A DNA stretch of 64,000 bases from NCBI GenBank assembly GCA_965645245.1, contig OZ287068.1:434001-498000 (forward strand), written 5' to 3'. The DNA is from Massalongia carnosa. Taxonomy: Eukaryota. This document shows positions 51,652 through 64,000 of the stretch, in pieces. The position numbers were made by a program, and so were the translations under genes. The notes beneath the pieces are model-generated. The model did not search any database, was not told where the DNA came from, and saw only the letters and a list, made by a program, of their open reading frames with translations. Numbering within the stretch: position 1 is the first letter of the stretch; the number at the start of each line of letters is the position of its first letter.

Positions 51652-54600
51652 GGTAGGTTGAGAGCTAGTTTAGTTAGGGGACCAGAGGGAATGGCTGTGT
51701 AGGTAGGTCGCGAGCTCTTGGACGGTGTAAGGCTTGCTCAATCAGTGATGCGGATGTTATAGATGTCGAGTATGGATGATCTGGTAGAGTAAAGGCTCCC
51801 CAAACCACGCGGTTTTGAGAGATTCGGCTTGCGACACTCACTAACTATATACCTATGCACATAAAAGAGATATATTACCCAATTTGTCCTGCTAGATCAG
51901 CTTTCCTTTAGCTGCCTGGTTAGTTAGATGTCACAAGATACCTAGAGATGAAACTGGTTCTCATAGGACTTAACCCTATGGAGACACCGCTTACACCAAT
52001 TATAGGTGGCCCGCGCCCGGTACGTCACCGTACAAGGTACCTACCACCCTACTTAGGCGCTATGTAATACGCCCGCTGCTAGCAGTACTACTTACGCACC
52101 CACTATAACGCTAGCTAACTAAGTATTGACGATGCTTTTCACCCCCCGGATTCGAATTACCTAATGATCAGCAAAGTAGCCGCAAAATCTCGTTAACCCT
52201 AATTAATAATACAAAGAATAGCATAGTCGGAGCAGCCGTAATGCCTCCTGCGAGTAAATGTTGGAATACTCGCTTAGCCCCATTGGCTCTAGCTCAGCCC
52301 TACAGGCTGCCATGACCTGCTACAAGCTGCTTATTCAACAAAGTACCTCTCCACGGAAGATTTAGAGTAGTCTCGTGCTTTAATAGATGCATTTCGGTTG
52401 AAAAGGTATAGGTAGGCGCGGGTGAGGGCTATATCTTAGGGAGGGGAGACTGAAACAGCCCTTATTGAAAATCTACAAAGAGACTTCTGGACTCTAACAG
52501 GAATAGCAGGTGCATCAATAGCGACCGGATTACACGACATCAATCAAACCATGTTGCTATTAAAGCTCACTCTTGCAAAGTCTCCTTGAGCCTGAATGTA
52601 TCTAGTTATATCTCTTGTTGTGCAGAAGAATGAGCATGACTACCTAACCGAGAACAATGGCCAAGGATGATGCTCTATCTACGAAGTACTTAACTCTACT
52701 CTACTTGGACAAAGACCGATCATCTCCGGAACTGTAGTCCTAATCTAAACATCCATGATTATGATGAACGGCCACGTACGATCAGTGGCAGCTGATATTC
52801 TAACTCGATTTTGGTTCGACTCTCCCACGTGGCAATAGATTCGGGGAACAATATCGGATGAGAACTGTCACTTTACCGCAGGAATGTCTTCTGAATGTGG
52901 CTTGAGGATAATGAATCAACCTTCTGACTGGGCTTTCCGTCAAACTCATCAAACCTAGTATTGCGTTAATTGCGCTCGTTTCTTTTATACTGTTATCATC
53001 TTCTGTTCTACCCTTTTACTTTTGATATTGACAGGTGGTCTCATCGAGGGAGAAAATGGTGATCTGAGGCAAATCCTGCTGCTTTTACCTATGCCTTTTA
53101 GGAAATATTTTCACGTCTCGCTTTGGTATGCTATGTTGCTCCGACAGATTCAGATGTATCGCCTGCTGCGTGTTTCTATTTTATGCTGCTTCAAATATCA
53201 CAGAATCAGGACAACTCCTTTTTTCAAAAGATATCCAGATCTAGCCCTCCCTCCTCCCCCTTCTGAAGTCTATCGACGCTCCAGTACATTGATTTCTTAA
53301 CTAAAGTTAATGAACCTCAATGCTTCCACCCCGTCTTTTTCAACCCATGACGGCATACAATCGATCAAATTGTCGAATTCTATTGGCCGTTAATGAGAGG
53401 ACCATGCTTCGCGCGGCCTTGATTAGCCTACTGCACCACATTTATATGTTTTCCAATGGATCACCTATGGTATCCAATCACAAGTTCATACCCTTCTTTC
53501 ATAATCACTCCCGGCGAGTTGCGGTTTATTTGCAGGAAGTCCTCTGCTTTAGATTTTTTTTTCTTAGAAGAAGAGGATATCCAATTTTCAAATCCAAGGT
53601 AGTAGAGACATCTAGCTAATAACTGGAGTCGGGGACAGAGGGGTGTAGGTTTCCTAGGTCGAAGCCTTCGCAGGGCTTGTTAAAACTGCATTCATTTCCA
53701 GTAACACAATTTACGCTATACCCTTAGTACCCAATTACCATAAAAACATTTGATAGATCGTCAAGTTCATCGATTGAAAACAGTTTTGTATATCCAAAAG
53801 CTCATCTATCCCTGCTTCTAGCTCATCTGTACTTGCTGTGTTCGCTGCAGCGACCATTCCAGACCTTTATATCTACTGTGAGAAATCTCTTTTTCCGTAC
53901 TTCAGCTTGCAAACGACTAAACGTGTCTTTCAAGTTTGACAGCCTACCAGGCAGCTCGATAAGTGGTAGCCTCAGTTAACCTATCGTGGGCCCTGCCGAC
54001 GGCCGCAAACTTTAGACTTTAAGTGTTCGCGAAGATGGCCCAACCGCCTACTTAACTACGATCAAGAGCGTTAGCTAAAAATATATATCGATAGCGTAAC
54101 AATCAACAAAATTCTCCAAGGAAACAGGCCCACCATCTCTTTCAAACATAGCGATACCTCTGTAATCGGCTATGGCGCCTCGACCGAAATCAATACCGGT
54201 GTCGCTGTGGAGTGTTCAGAAGCACCTAGGCTAACGGCGACGCAGTTACACCACAGGCCTACGATTATATGCCTCTTGTGGGCAATACGGTGCTTCCGAA
54301 GGCTTCAATGAAGTTGGGTTTATTATCATAGCCGTGAAAACCACGTTTTCAATCTCGCCCACGACGGTTTTCGTCGAAAACCTGCAGCATACGAATCTGC
54401 ATTCGTCTTGAAGGCCAGAGCAAGGCAACAGCCAGCCCCGCAGCAGAACTCCGAGGCGGCGAGGACAGAGAGGAGGTCACTTATTTGGTTGGAAGGGAAG
54501 TTTTCTGAACGTAGGAATGTGTTGTTTGAGGATGAAATCGCACGAACGAGAGGTCGCGCTACATGTTTCAGAGTTAGAGCTGAGTGAAGGAGAATCTCTA

Positions 54601-55182
54601 AAGCACCACATGCTTTAATAGATCAATCTAAACTGTTTAAAGAAGGCCACTCGAAATGAACGATAAGATTTCCGATCTACCCCTATCTTACGGTGGATTG
54701 ACGGATCACACTACAAACAACAGTGCTGCCATCATGCCAAGCCAAACATATACGTCGTGGGATCTTTCATTTCATTTCATTATATTCTATCCTAAATTGC
54801 ACTCGCAAGAATTGATAGATAGATACATAATTGTGTTGATTGGAGAAGAGAGGAGATTGCGAGTCAGTCTTACTTCGGCGACTTCCCAAACATTCATTGC
54901 CTGAAGCAGTTCCAGTTTCTTTGAGTATCCAAGTAGCAGGTCACTGAAATACCAATACGCCTCGAAGTCAGTCTGTTTCTACTACTTCCTAGGTAAAACA
55001 CTCTACAACTAGCGTTTTGATTTTTAGGCCCTTGATAAGGTTTTCACGGATAGTCTCTGAATATTTGAATTTTTCTGTGGTAGGGACAAGAGGAAGTTTT
55101 ACTTAAGTAACTTGAGTAGAGGCTGTTATGCCGTCGGAGTACTTGTGCTGAGTTGCCCATTTCAATCCGATTTTCATTCGTC

Positions 55183-55902
55183 ATGCGCTTCGCTCTCCTC
55201 TTCATCGCAAATTTCCTTCCGGTCATCACGGGTACTACGATAGCCACAGAAGATAACACTCTAAACCCATGGATAACCCCATTGGACACTTCAAATACTG
55301 TCCCTCTCGCAGAGAACCTTGACCTGAACACCAACGTGTTGCTTTCCACATATGATGCCAGCAACAATGGTGTCGGGCTTCCAGATTTTCCCAACGTGGA
55401 GAGCATGGACACCACTCCTGACGCGATCGCCGCCGATGATATGAGCATGCACCATTCACCTTGCCCATTTAGCCTGACCACAAGGGACGAGCAAGCAGAT
55501 ACCCCATCGAGCGGGCTCTGCACTCTTCCGAAAGATAACACTTCTCCGGAAGGCAGCACCAAGCCGCCGAGCGCAGGCGACCGCCAGCCTATCAAGCTCC
55601 CTAACATATATGATGGCATCATCAGGGAGTGGAACAAAGTTCCATTTCTTCCTCCGAAGCTTGGACCAAAGCCCAAATGCCCGGAGAGAAAATGGGTCGC
55701 ATGCTGCAAAACCACACCCGGCCTGTTTCCGTATCTCGGTCGTCCAGCAACCGAGCCTCGTGCGAAAAATTGCGAGTGGTGGCCAAACCGGAAATGTTTT
55801 AACATATACGTCTACTGCTGCCTCGCTATCTATGATTACTACGATCCGCAAACAAAGACAGACGAGCATCTCGGCATCGACTGCATCCCCCTTGGGCCCT
55901 GA
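55183..55902 (+). CDS. Secreted protein with an acidic N-half and a C-terminal 8-Cys (C-CC-C-C-CC-C) domain
   Basis: Signal-like MRFALLFIANFLPVITG; single ORF ending CPERKWVACC...NCEWWPNRKCFNIYVYCC...GIDCIPLGP*. Confidence 0.75.
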   Translation: MRFALLFIANFLPVITGTTIATEDNTLNPWITPLDTSNTVPLAENLDLNTNVLLSTYDASNNGVGLPDFPNVESMDTTPDAIAADDMSMHHSPCPFSLTTRDEQADTPSSGLCTLPKDNTSPEGSTKPPSAGDRQPIKLPNIYDGIIREWNKVPFLPPKLGPKPKCPERKWVACCKTTPGLFPYLGRPATEPRAKNCEWWPNRKCFNIYVYCCLAIYDYYDPQTKTDEHLGIDCIPLGP

Positions 55903-56710
55903 TAAGAATAAAAGGGTTGCCGCAATCTGAAAGAAAATCCCAGGCCATTTATCGCTTTTTTGTTTCATCAGTTATCCATTTCAAGTTCATTGCAAATAGT
56001 AGGATTTATTTGTCGGAACTCATTTTGGGGCTCAAGGTCATATCCATGTACTCCTCGATATTATTTTACCAATGGGCCTCAATGGAGATGTGGCGATTTT
56101 TCATTACGATACCTTTCCAGTCACCCATTAACCCATCTCGTACCCTCCGCTGACCAATCTGCTACTCGTTCGGCTCGATATCCCTCCAGCCTCCGTTTCT
56201 GGAACTTGTCAAGTTACATGTCTAGTTGAAAGACGAAACTATCAGAAGATGAAATCGGATACTTGGCAAAGAAGGCTAGTGGAGAGATTCGCAAGTGAAC
56301 GGGGGGGAGCAGTTAGCTGACTGGCTGCATATATGTATCTAAATGGGTGATTAGCTGAATAGCTACCTAAATACATCATATGCGAAGCTGCAAGAGAGTT
56401 CTCTACTTGCATATATACCTGCAGACCTATGCGTATCCTTTAAGTAGAGATTTCCTTTGGAAAGGTTAACATAGATATTAGAAGAATTATATGTGTCTCT
56501 TGATAGTTAACTTCTCATGATGGTCGAATGGTTTGTTGTTTATATAGTTTCTTGGAGTGTTCTCAACTTCTCAAGATCGTATCCTCTCGTTATTTGACCT
56601 AACGATAATTCGTCTAAGAAGAAAGTGAAGAGCTTTCTCATGAATTAAACATTGCAAGTCTTCAACATCTCAAGCAGCGCCGGCCGAATGGAAGATTATT
56701 CAGTTAAGTC

Positions 56711-58330
56711 ATGACTGATCCGCTCTATGAGCTACTTGCTCCCTACTTTGACAGTCCTGCCTCCCCTCACCCGATCCCCAACATCCAAGATCCGGTTACT
56801 TCAAAATATCTGAACCGTCTCTCAACCCTCCCATTAGCCTCCCTCACCACCAGCGAGCCCCAATCACTAAGCCAAGCATCCCACTCCACCCTTCTGTCCC
56901 TTCAATCGCTCTCCGCAAGGTCCAACGCAGCTATCGTCGCTTCAGCAGACCATCTCTCCAACCTGACGCAAACCCTTCCTCGCCTAGCAAAGGAAGCAAA
57001 AACGCTTCAAGATGACATCCCCAAGCTCGACGAGGAGGCCGTCGCTTTCTCGACCAAATACAGCCGGACAGCAGAGAACGAGGTACTGGATCGGCGGAAA
57101 AAGGCCTTGATGATGGCTAGGAACGTGGACCGTCTATCTGATATTTTAGACCTTCCAACTCTTCTCTCGTCCGCCATATCATCCTCTTCGTCCACGGCAC
57201 AACAAGCTGTATCGAGTAGCACCACCAATTATGCCACTGCTCTAGACCTCCACTCACACATCAAGCGCCTGCACCTTCTGCACCAAGATTCCGCTCTCAT
57301 AGCAGCTATCTACGCACAAACGGAAACCGCTATGCGCGAAATGACCACCAGCCTCATCGCCAGCTTGCGCGCCCCCAATATCAAGCTTGCTGCGGCCATG
57401 CGTACAATCGGCTGGCTCCGGCGCGTGGCTCCTGAACTCGACGCTTCTCATCCAAATACAAATACACACACCAGCATTATAGCGCGAGTGAATAATAGAG
57501 AAGGAAACGCCCTGGGGGCGCTCTTCCTTGTCTGCCGCCTTGCAACTCTAAATTCCATGCTCGCAGCCCTGTCCCCCCTCCGCGATCTGGCCGATCAAGA
57601 ATCCGCCCTTCGCCAGCGGTCCATGCCCAACGCCACCCGAAAAACAATAAACCTCGCTTCTTCGTCTTCCTCCGCCTGGTCCGGTGGCCAACAAACCGAG
57701 CGCTATCTGAAGCGCTACATCGAAATCTTCCGTGAGCAATCCTTTGCCATAATCTCCATGTATAAAAGCATCTTCCCCGCACTCCCCGAGCACCTCACGC
57801 CTACCGCCTCGGACCTAGGCCCTAAATTCCGCTCCCTGCAGGCGGATTACGCGCCCGGGAATAAACTTCCGCTAAAGGAGCAGGAGGCGGATCCGCTGTA
57901 CCCCCCGCCGTCCGCGCTCTCGACATTTCCTCTGCACCTCATCGGTTTGTTGACGGCGACGCTGAAGCGTTACCTGCCCAACGTACGCGACAGGTCGTCA
58001 AGAGAGAGTCTGCTGACGCAGGTTCTCTATTGCGCGGGAAGCCTGGGCCGGCTGGGCGGGGATTTCGGCCTGACGCTGGGGATGCTGGAGGAGGATGTGG
58101 TGGCGGAGGGACATGGCGACGGCGGAGATGGAGAGCGTGAGCACGGGGAGGAGGCGGGGGTCGAAGGAGGAGAAGGGGAACAGGAGGAAGCGGGTGAGGC
58201 GGCGGAGGCGGAGTGGGTGGAGGTGATGCGGAAACATCGGGTTTTGGCAGGGAAGTTGGAAGCCCTTGCTAGTGGGGGAGGGTCCGTCGGGAGGGGGGCC
58301 GCGACGGCTTCGTCACTAGGCACAACCTAA
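56711..58330 (+). CDS. COG8: Conserved oligomeric Golgi complex subunit 8 (Dor1 family)
   Basis: ILDLPTLL, NYATALDL, IKLAAAMRTIGWLRR, LFLVCR, YLKRYIEIFREQSFAIISMY and LLTQVLYCAGSLGRLGGDF. Confidence 0.9.
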   Translation: MTDPLYELLAPYFDSPASPHPIPNIQDPVTSKYLNRLSTLPLASLTTSEPQSLSQASHSTLLSLQSLSARSNAAIVASADHLSNLTQTLPRLAKEAKTLQDDIPKLDEEAVAFSTKYSRTAENEVLDRRKKALMMARNVDRLSDILDLPTLLSSAISSSSSTAQQAVSSSTTNYATALDLHSHIKRLHLLHQDSALIAAIYAQTETAMREMTTSLIASLRAPNIKLAAAMRTIGWLRRVAPELDASHPNTNTHTSIIARVNNREGNALGALFLVCRLATLNSMLAALSPLRDLADQESALRQRSMPNATRKTINLASSSSSAWSGGQQTERYLKRYIEIFREQSFAIISMYKSIFPALPEHLTPTASDLGPKFRSLQADYAPGNKLPLKEQEADPLYPPPSALSTFPLHLIGLLTATLKRYLPNVRDRSSRESLLTQVLYCAGSLGRLGGDFGLTLGMLEEDVVAEGHGDGGDGEREHGEEAGVEGGEGEQEEAGEAAEAEWVEVMRKHRVLAGKLEALASGGGSVGRGAATASSLGTT

Positions 58331-58634
58331 ATTTCGATTTGATTGTAAAGAAACCGTGCTGCAACGCTCACGTCAAGAAGTCTTTTTTTTTTTTTTTTTT
58401 TTCCATTCGGACCACGCAAATAGCTTCCTATTCAATTGCAGACAAGGCAAGATCTCGGTATATATATAATACACTCCAGGTGTTATAACGAACTCCCACC
58501 CTGCTGGCGGACGCCACCGCGAACCGAGCAAGGACCGCAACGTACGCCATAAAGCAGCAGAAACCTCCCTGATTAGCAGACGCATTTTCGGTCTTTCGCT
58601 CTACCCTCTCTGCATCTCACAATTTCTCACCCAA

Positions 58635-59889
58635 TCACTCCTCCTCGCTTTCGCTCGAGCTTTCATCATCCACCACCACTCGACTCGTCTCCATCTCCAT
58701 CCTAACCCCATTCACCCCAAGCCCGTTAACAGCTACGCCATTCCCGTAAACCCGCACGCCCCCATCTTCCTCATCGGCCTGCGACTCCAACGCCTGCTCC
58801 AGCTCCGCCTCCAAGCTCCGCTCGTCGTCATCATCGTCCTCTTTTTGCTCACCCGGTGTCAATGCCGCGCCGCGGCCGCCGCCAGCCATGTCCATCTCCT
58901 CGTCTTCCTCCTCGTCCTCCGCGGCTTCTTCTACGGCTTCCGCTTCGGCAAGCTGCAGCTCCTCCACATCCTCGTCACTCTCGCTGCTTTGCTCCGCTTC
59001 GGGGGCCGGGCTGACGGAGCTGGCTGCCGACCGAAGCGAAATTGGCCCGTTACGGATGTCATGTGTGAATGCGGGCTTAAAGGCGCGCCGGCGGGTGTCG
59101 GGTTCCATTTCGATGGTCAAGGCGTCCGGGTCGGAGTCTTCATTGTCGGCGTCGGCTTCTTCGCGGGCAGGAGGCGGCGAAGGAGCGCGTTTAGGCTGTT
59201 GCTGCGGACGGTACGGGCGTGGTTTTGGTTTCAGACGGGTGGGTACCCGACGGGGCGGGGACGCGGCGGGGGCGACGAGAGCGGTGGAGGGAAAGAGCGG
59301 TTCGGGCGATGAGGTGCGGCGGCGTTTAAGGAAGTGTCGGTAGTCATAGGGGTTGTTGATGTCAGCTCCCGTGGAAGGATCGTTGGCGTCGTCGAAGAGG
59401 CCATCTGGTCGGGAGTCGGCGGTTGGGAGATAAGGAAACTGGGCGTCGAGCGATTTGGAGTTTTTGTCATCGGGGGTAGCGCGGAGGTTGAAGGTGAAGC
59501 CTGTGCCTATTTTGTCAAGGATGAGGGTTTGCGATACGGGTTCGTAGATTAGGGCATAAGCTTCAGACGGTTGCTGCGTGCCGGAGTAGAAATAGTTGTT
59601 CCCATCTTCGTCAACTTTAACGCAGAGGTCGTAGTTGTTACCAGACTTTGACTGCGACGGGGTGATAGTGGTTTTGTTTGGAACGCCAGAGAGGTTCGGC
59701 TTGTGGTTGACTGAGCCTAAGCAGTCAGCAACTAGACATCACACAGGGCGCCGTCAGTTACCAACATTGGATCAGAGCGTTCTGTTTCCTCGCTTTGCCC
59801 GTATCCCTCAAATGATCCCCGATAAGGACTGGGTACTTTGCTGCTTTCACCGGATCGATTGCAAAAGAGGGGGCCGCAATTGCAGCCAT
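58635..59889 (-). CDS. RNA polymerase II elongation factor EAF (ELL-associated factor)-like protein
   Basis: Exon 1 MAAIAAP...KYPVLIG; intron about 59765-59714; NHKP, YFYSG, YALIYEP...LILDKI..FTFNL, NPYDYRHFL; continuous with the acidic ORF 58635-59120. Confidence 0.7.
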
Positions 59890-60137
59890 GTTAACGTTTG
59901 GAGTTTCCTTGAAAAGTGTAGGCACAGAGAAGAGAATGGAACAGGAACAAGAAGTTTATGCGTCGAGACCGACGCATCAACATGGGTGTTTGAACTGGGC
60001 TAAACCCATTCTGGACTAGCGATCTTGACCTGTCGAAGAAGGGAAAGCGCCCCGTAGTTGATTACCCTGTCACGTACCTGTATGGGTGTTTCGGCACTCA
60101 GTCCGCAGGACACAGATGCAGGGTACAAATGAGTACA

Positions 60138-60240
60138 TACAGAGTACAGTGTACAGGGAACAATGTACAGAGTACAGTGTACAGGGAACAATGTACAGAG
60201 TACAGTGTACAGGGAACAGTGTACAGAGTACAGTGTACAG
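60138..60240. repeat. 28-bp tandem repeat, about 3.7 copies (TACAGAGTACAGTGTACAGGGAACAATG)
   Basis: Units at 60138, 60166, 60194 and a partial unit at 60222, in the divergent intergenic region. Confidence 0.9.
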
Positions 60241-60493
60241 TGTGCAAGTATTGAGTACCTTCTTTACAGGGAAATGCCGCATAAGAATCCGGTAATCCGG
60301 GGCTAAATTAGTGCGGATAGGTATCCGTCTTCGTAATTTATCCCCAGAGATATCTTACTATGCCGACCGCGTCAACGAGAGAACAAATCGTCCTTTCTAC
60401 TTTGTGCATGGACATTTACTTCCTAAACCTTTGCTTTCCATTACTACGTGGCCGTTAGTCTTGGCCTTATTCAGAGAAGCATCATACCACAGC

Positions 60494-63400
60494 ATGCAAA
60501 ATGTAAAGCTTCTTTTCTCACATGCTCACAGCCTTAATGTGTGCTTATACTTCCATAGTTCTTTATCGATGACCTGTGTGCTTTTAAGAGCGATCCTACA
60601 ATCAAGGGGACGGTGGAAGTAAGCCTAGTCATCCTTGACTGCACCGAAACTCGATGCTAGTCTGACCCGCTCGCAGTACACATGGCGTGATGTATATAAA
60701 CCTTTTGGTCTTCCAACTCTGGGGCTGTTGACTGATGGTGTGGATCAGATCGATGAAGACAGATTCGATGATCTCGACAACTGCTATGTACACCAGGATT
60801 GCCCGTGGAGGAAAACTGCACAGTTCGTCGATAGGGCAAGGGTAAGCTTTATGTGTTCTAGAACACGAACGAGGAGCTGACAAACGCTTTTCCGTACAAG
60901 CCGCCTCACGGATACGTGATACTTGCCTTCATAGATTCCGTAGATGGTTATTGCCTCATCGCCGAAGACCATTTAGACCTGGTCGATAGATCACTCACTG
61001 TTGGAGACGTGGTCAAAAGGAATCTGTTAAACGCGCAAAGCGGGATAGTATTAAGTACCTTACTCTTGTGTGACTTACAACCACTGCTCACTCCACGCGT
61101 TGGTGAATTCCTATCCTCGAGTTCGGCGGAGGTTCCAATCCTAGGTGTAAGGGAGCCAAACGAGAACATTACGATCTCTAGCGTTCCTGCTCATGAGCTA
61201 CGTTTCTGGCATTCATATCGCGATGGCGACTATGTTATCTATCAAGATTGGGTTGGACGCGTGAAAGACGTTTATGATGACGTCACGCTCCGTTTACAAA
61301 ACGGAAGCATAGTGGTGGTTGATCGTCCGGAGGAGCTGGAGGAACCATTGTGTATACCGGGAACGGAAAGACACACCCTCAAGCAAAAACTTGAGAGAGT
61401 TGGCTATCATAAGTATCAAACTGTACATTTATACAAGGAGGGTTACAGGCCAAACGCATTCCCTGCTCAGCCTTGCTATCCAGGGCAAATGGTCCAGACC
61501 AAGAAAGACAACTTACGCCGAGGGCAGTGGATATATGGAGCATATGATCCCAAGATTCGTCCTGCCGGAGTTGTGGTAAGAGTTCAGTGCGTTCAACTGG
61601 AAATATCGTGGTTTTTCCCGAATATCTTTAAACCATACCGAGAACAGGTGTTACCTCCACCGCGGCTAATTGATGGGGATTTGCTTGATAGCGGAATCAT
61701 CAAAGTTTATGATCATAGCAACTTGCCGCGAGATCTCAACAAGTATACTTTACCAGGCGCAACCTACAGCCCCGATATTGGATTTGGTCACCGTGCGAGA
61801 TTCAAAGACAAAGCCGGTGCCGCGATTAAATACAGTTTTAGAAGACCAACGTCTCGGGAGGGATTGCGGTCGAGCGACGCCGCACAGGGATATGATATGA
61901 ATTTATTTCTTGTGGTTAATACACGAACCAAGATACTTGTTCAGTGGCAAGATTCAACCATAACTGAGGAGGCTGCTATTGCTGTTTCCCCATACCTCAA
62001 TGTGGACGAATATGATGTATGGCCTGGGGATCTTGTGTCACAAAAAGACGGTGAGGAAGCTATGCTGGAAATAGGGACAAACATCTTTCGTACTCGCAAC
62101 ATTGCTGTTGTGCAATCGGCCAATGCGGCTGAACGCGTAGCAAAGGTTCGGTGGTTTGAAAATACCGACGTTTTGATTGGAGGGGACGACCAGTCCTTGC
62201 TACTATCTCAGGGTATGATTGGCTCCATAGGGAAGAGGCAAAGTGAAGTCTCGCTGTACGAGATTGCTGCATACCCAGCTTTGGCAAAGAATAGAGGGGA
62301 CATTGTGATTGTCATACCCTATCCATTACCACCTCCTGACGCCCTTGATATCCCTGAACAAGCCTCCACCTATCAAGCTCTAGTCACCCAAGCTCGTAAT
62401 GCAATTCAACTTGGTCAACCTGACCTGATTGCCTCTGACCCAGTGGATGTCGGAACCTCGGAAGGCTTTGAATGGGTTGGAGAAGTTGTGCACGTTACCC
62501 TAGATGGCCGTGTAGTGGTTCGCCTTGGAGCATTGTCAGAAGCTCGAGATATTATCCTGCCTTTGGAGAGGATTATGGTTGTGGCTAGCAACGACGACGA
62601 AAGTAGCGCTACGCTATCGGAGGAGGAGGACGGAGATGACTCAGGTGGGAGTGATTCCGAGGCAGCTAGCAACTGGAGTACAGAGAGTGGCTCTGTCGAA
62701 ACGATCAGCGTAACTGTAGAGTACGAAGGTGGAAGGAGATTAGACGAGGATCAAGACGATAGCATGTGGACAACGGAGGACGAAGAACTTGCGACTACAG
62801 ACCCAAAAGTCTCGACAGCTCTTGCGGCCGATCGAAGCCCGCAACTCGCCGTTGGTTTACTTGGATCCGAGGCGATGGACATCGAGTCGAAAGTTATTGC
62901 TGCCGGAAATCAAAAGGTCCTTTGCTTCTCAGACTATCCTACAATGCCTCCTCAATTTGATGTTTTGGAGAGCCCTGTTCCGAATGATCATCACTTTTAT
63001 GACTGCAGTGGAGGCCTGACTGCTGCGGCGATGCGTCGCGTCGGCAAGGAACACGAGATTTTGAGATCTTCTCTACCTGATGGCATCTTTGTGAGGACAT
63101 GGGAAAGTGCGCTCAATTTGCTCCGCGTCGTGATAGTTGGTCCTCGCGATACACCCTACGAGCTCGCACCCTTTGTCATCGACATTCAGCTAGACTCGCG
63201 CTTCCCAGCCTCTCCTCCAAACGCTTTTTTTCACTCTTGGACGAATGGCATCGGCCGAATCAATCCCAATCTGTACGAAGACGGCAAAATTTGCCTCAGC
63301 ATTTTAGGCACCTGGCCTGCTGATGAGAGAAACGAAGGGTGGACCGCAAAGGGCTCCAGCATCTTGCAGGTCCTCGTTAGCCTGATGGGTCTCGTTTTGG

Positions 63401-63798
63401 TCAAAGAGCCCTATTACAACGAAGCCGGCTTCGACGTTTTAGTTGGCACTGAAGAATCCCACGTTACCTCGGCGCAATACACCGAAAAGGCCTTCGTCAT
63501 GGCCAAGGGCTTCGTCAAGACAGCGTTGGCTCAGCCCCCTAGTGGTGTGGCGGACATAATCAATTGGCTCTATCTGCCTTCGCAGCCTGGTCCTCATCTT
63601 CTCGAACTTATCGTTAAAGAATCGAAGGCGCTAATCCCTGACTCGACACCAGTCCCGTCCCTGGATAGGAGTGCGAGCGCAGGAAGTGGCCAGGCGGCCC
63701 GTAGACTAAGTGCGGGCGCATTGGTGCTCTTGAAGCGAAGCGTTGAGTGGCTAGAGTCATATCTTCAGCATGAAGAGGTGGCTGCAATTCAGGCTTGA
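60494..63798 (+). CDS. Large ubiquitin-conjugating enzyme E2 (UBE2O-like)
   Basis: C-terminal UBC domain SLPDGIFVRTWE...GPRDTPYE...NPNLYEDGKICLSILGTW...EPYYNEAG. Predicted 5' introns 60503-60558, 60619-60677 and 60842-60900 join in frame. Confidence 0.92.
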
Positions 63799-64000
63799 AG
63801 GACCAGGCAGGCATTTTCGATCCGACGGCGGGGTTGGGATCCTTGGGGAAGGTTGTTATGATATCCCTTATACTTGGGCATAGCAAGGGGCGTTAAAAAT
63901 ATCCATTTCATAGCGTAAGTAAACGTTGGCCAATCTCAAGGCCATTTTATCGTTCCTCGGCCATCAGCCCAAAAGAATTGATGAGATCCGGTCAGTCGTA

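Noticed and set aside
54100..54470. Minus-strand fragment SAAGLAVAL...VFDE...GFHGYD resembling an FAD oxidoreductase N-terminus
   Set aside because: Too degraded to support without a search.
60138..60240. CRISPR-like 28-bp repeats
   Set aside because: Head-to-tail tandem units without spacers, eukaryotic context, no cas genes.

Overview
Gene-dense eukaryotic (filamentous ascomycete-type) genomic DNA with short GT-AG introns carrying CTRAY branch points. No rRNA, tRNA or CRISPR array could be supported. Conserved genes: FAD monooxygenase 3' end, CCT3, Det1-like histidine phosphatase, PRKRIP1-like, DJ-1/PfpI, AsaB/CmcJ-like, PLOD-type glycosyltransferase-like, GH72 glucanosyltransferase, BTB-like, TLC-domain, mitochondrial SerRS, COG8, EAF-like and UBE2O-like E2. 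A transposon-rich block at about 26-38.3 kb holds a 5'-truncated LINE with a 13-bp TSD, a copia gag relic, an apparently intact intron-containing hAT element with an 8-bp TSD, and a Tc1-like element abutting a piggyBac-like element with zero spacer and no canonical TSDs. Orphan-looking secreted proteins include two probable paralogues with a C-terminal hydrophobin-type 8-Cys pattern, a His/Pro 'HPTG'-repeat peptide and a subtilisin-fold protein lacking its catalytic His and Ser. There is also a 216-bp fold-back MITE, a (TAG)115 tract and a CC-depleted island suggesting an atypical RIP-like mutation context. All family assignments are from motif recognition by eye; no searches were run.
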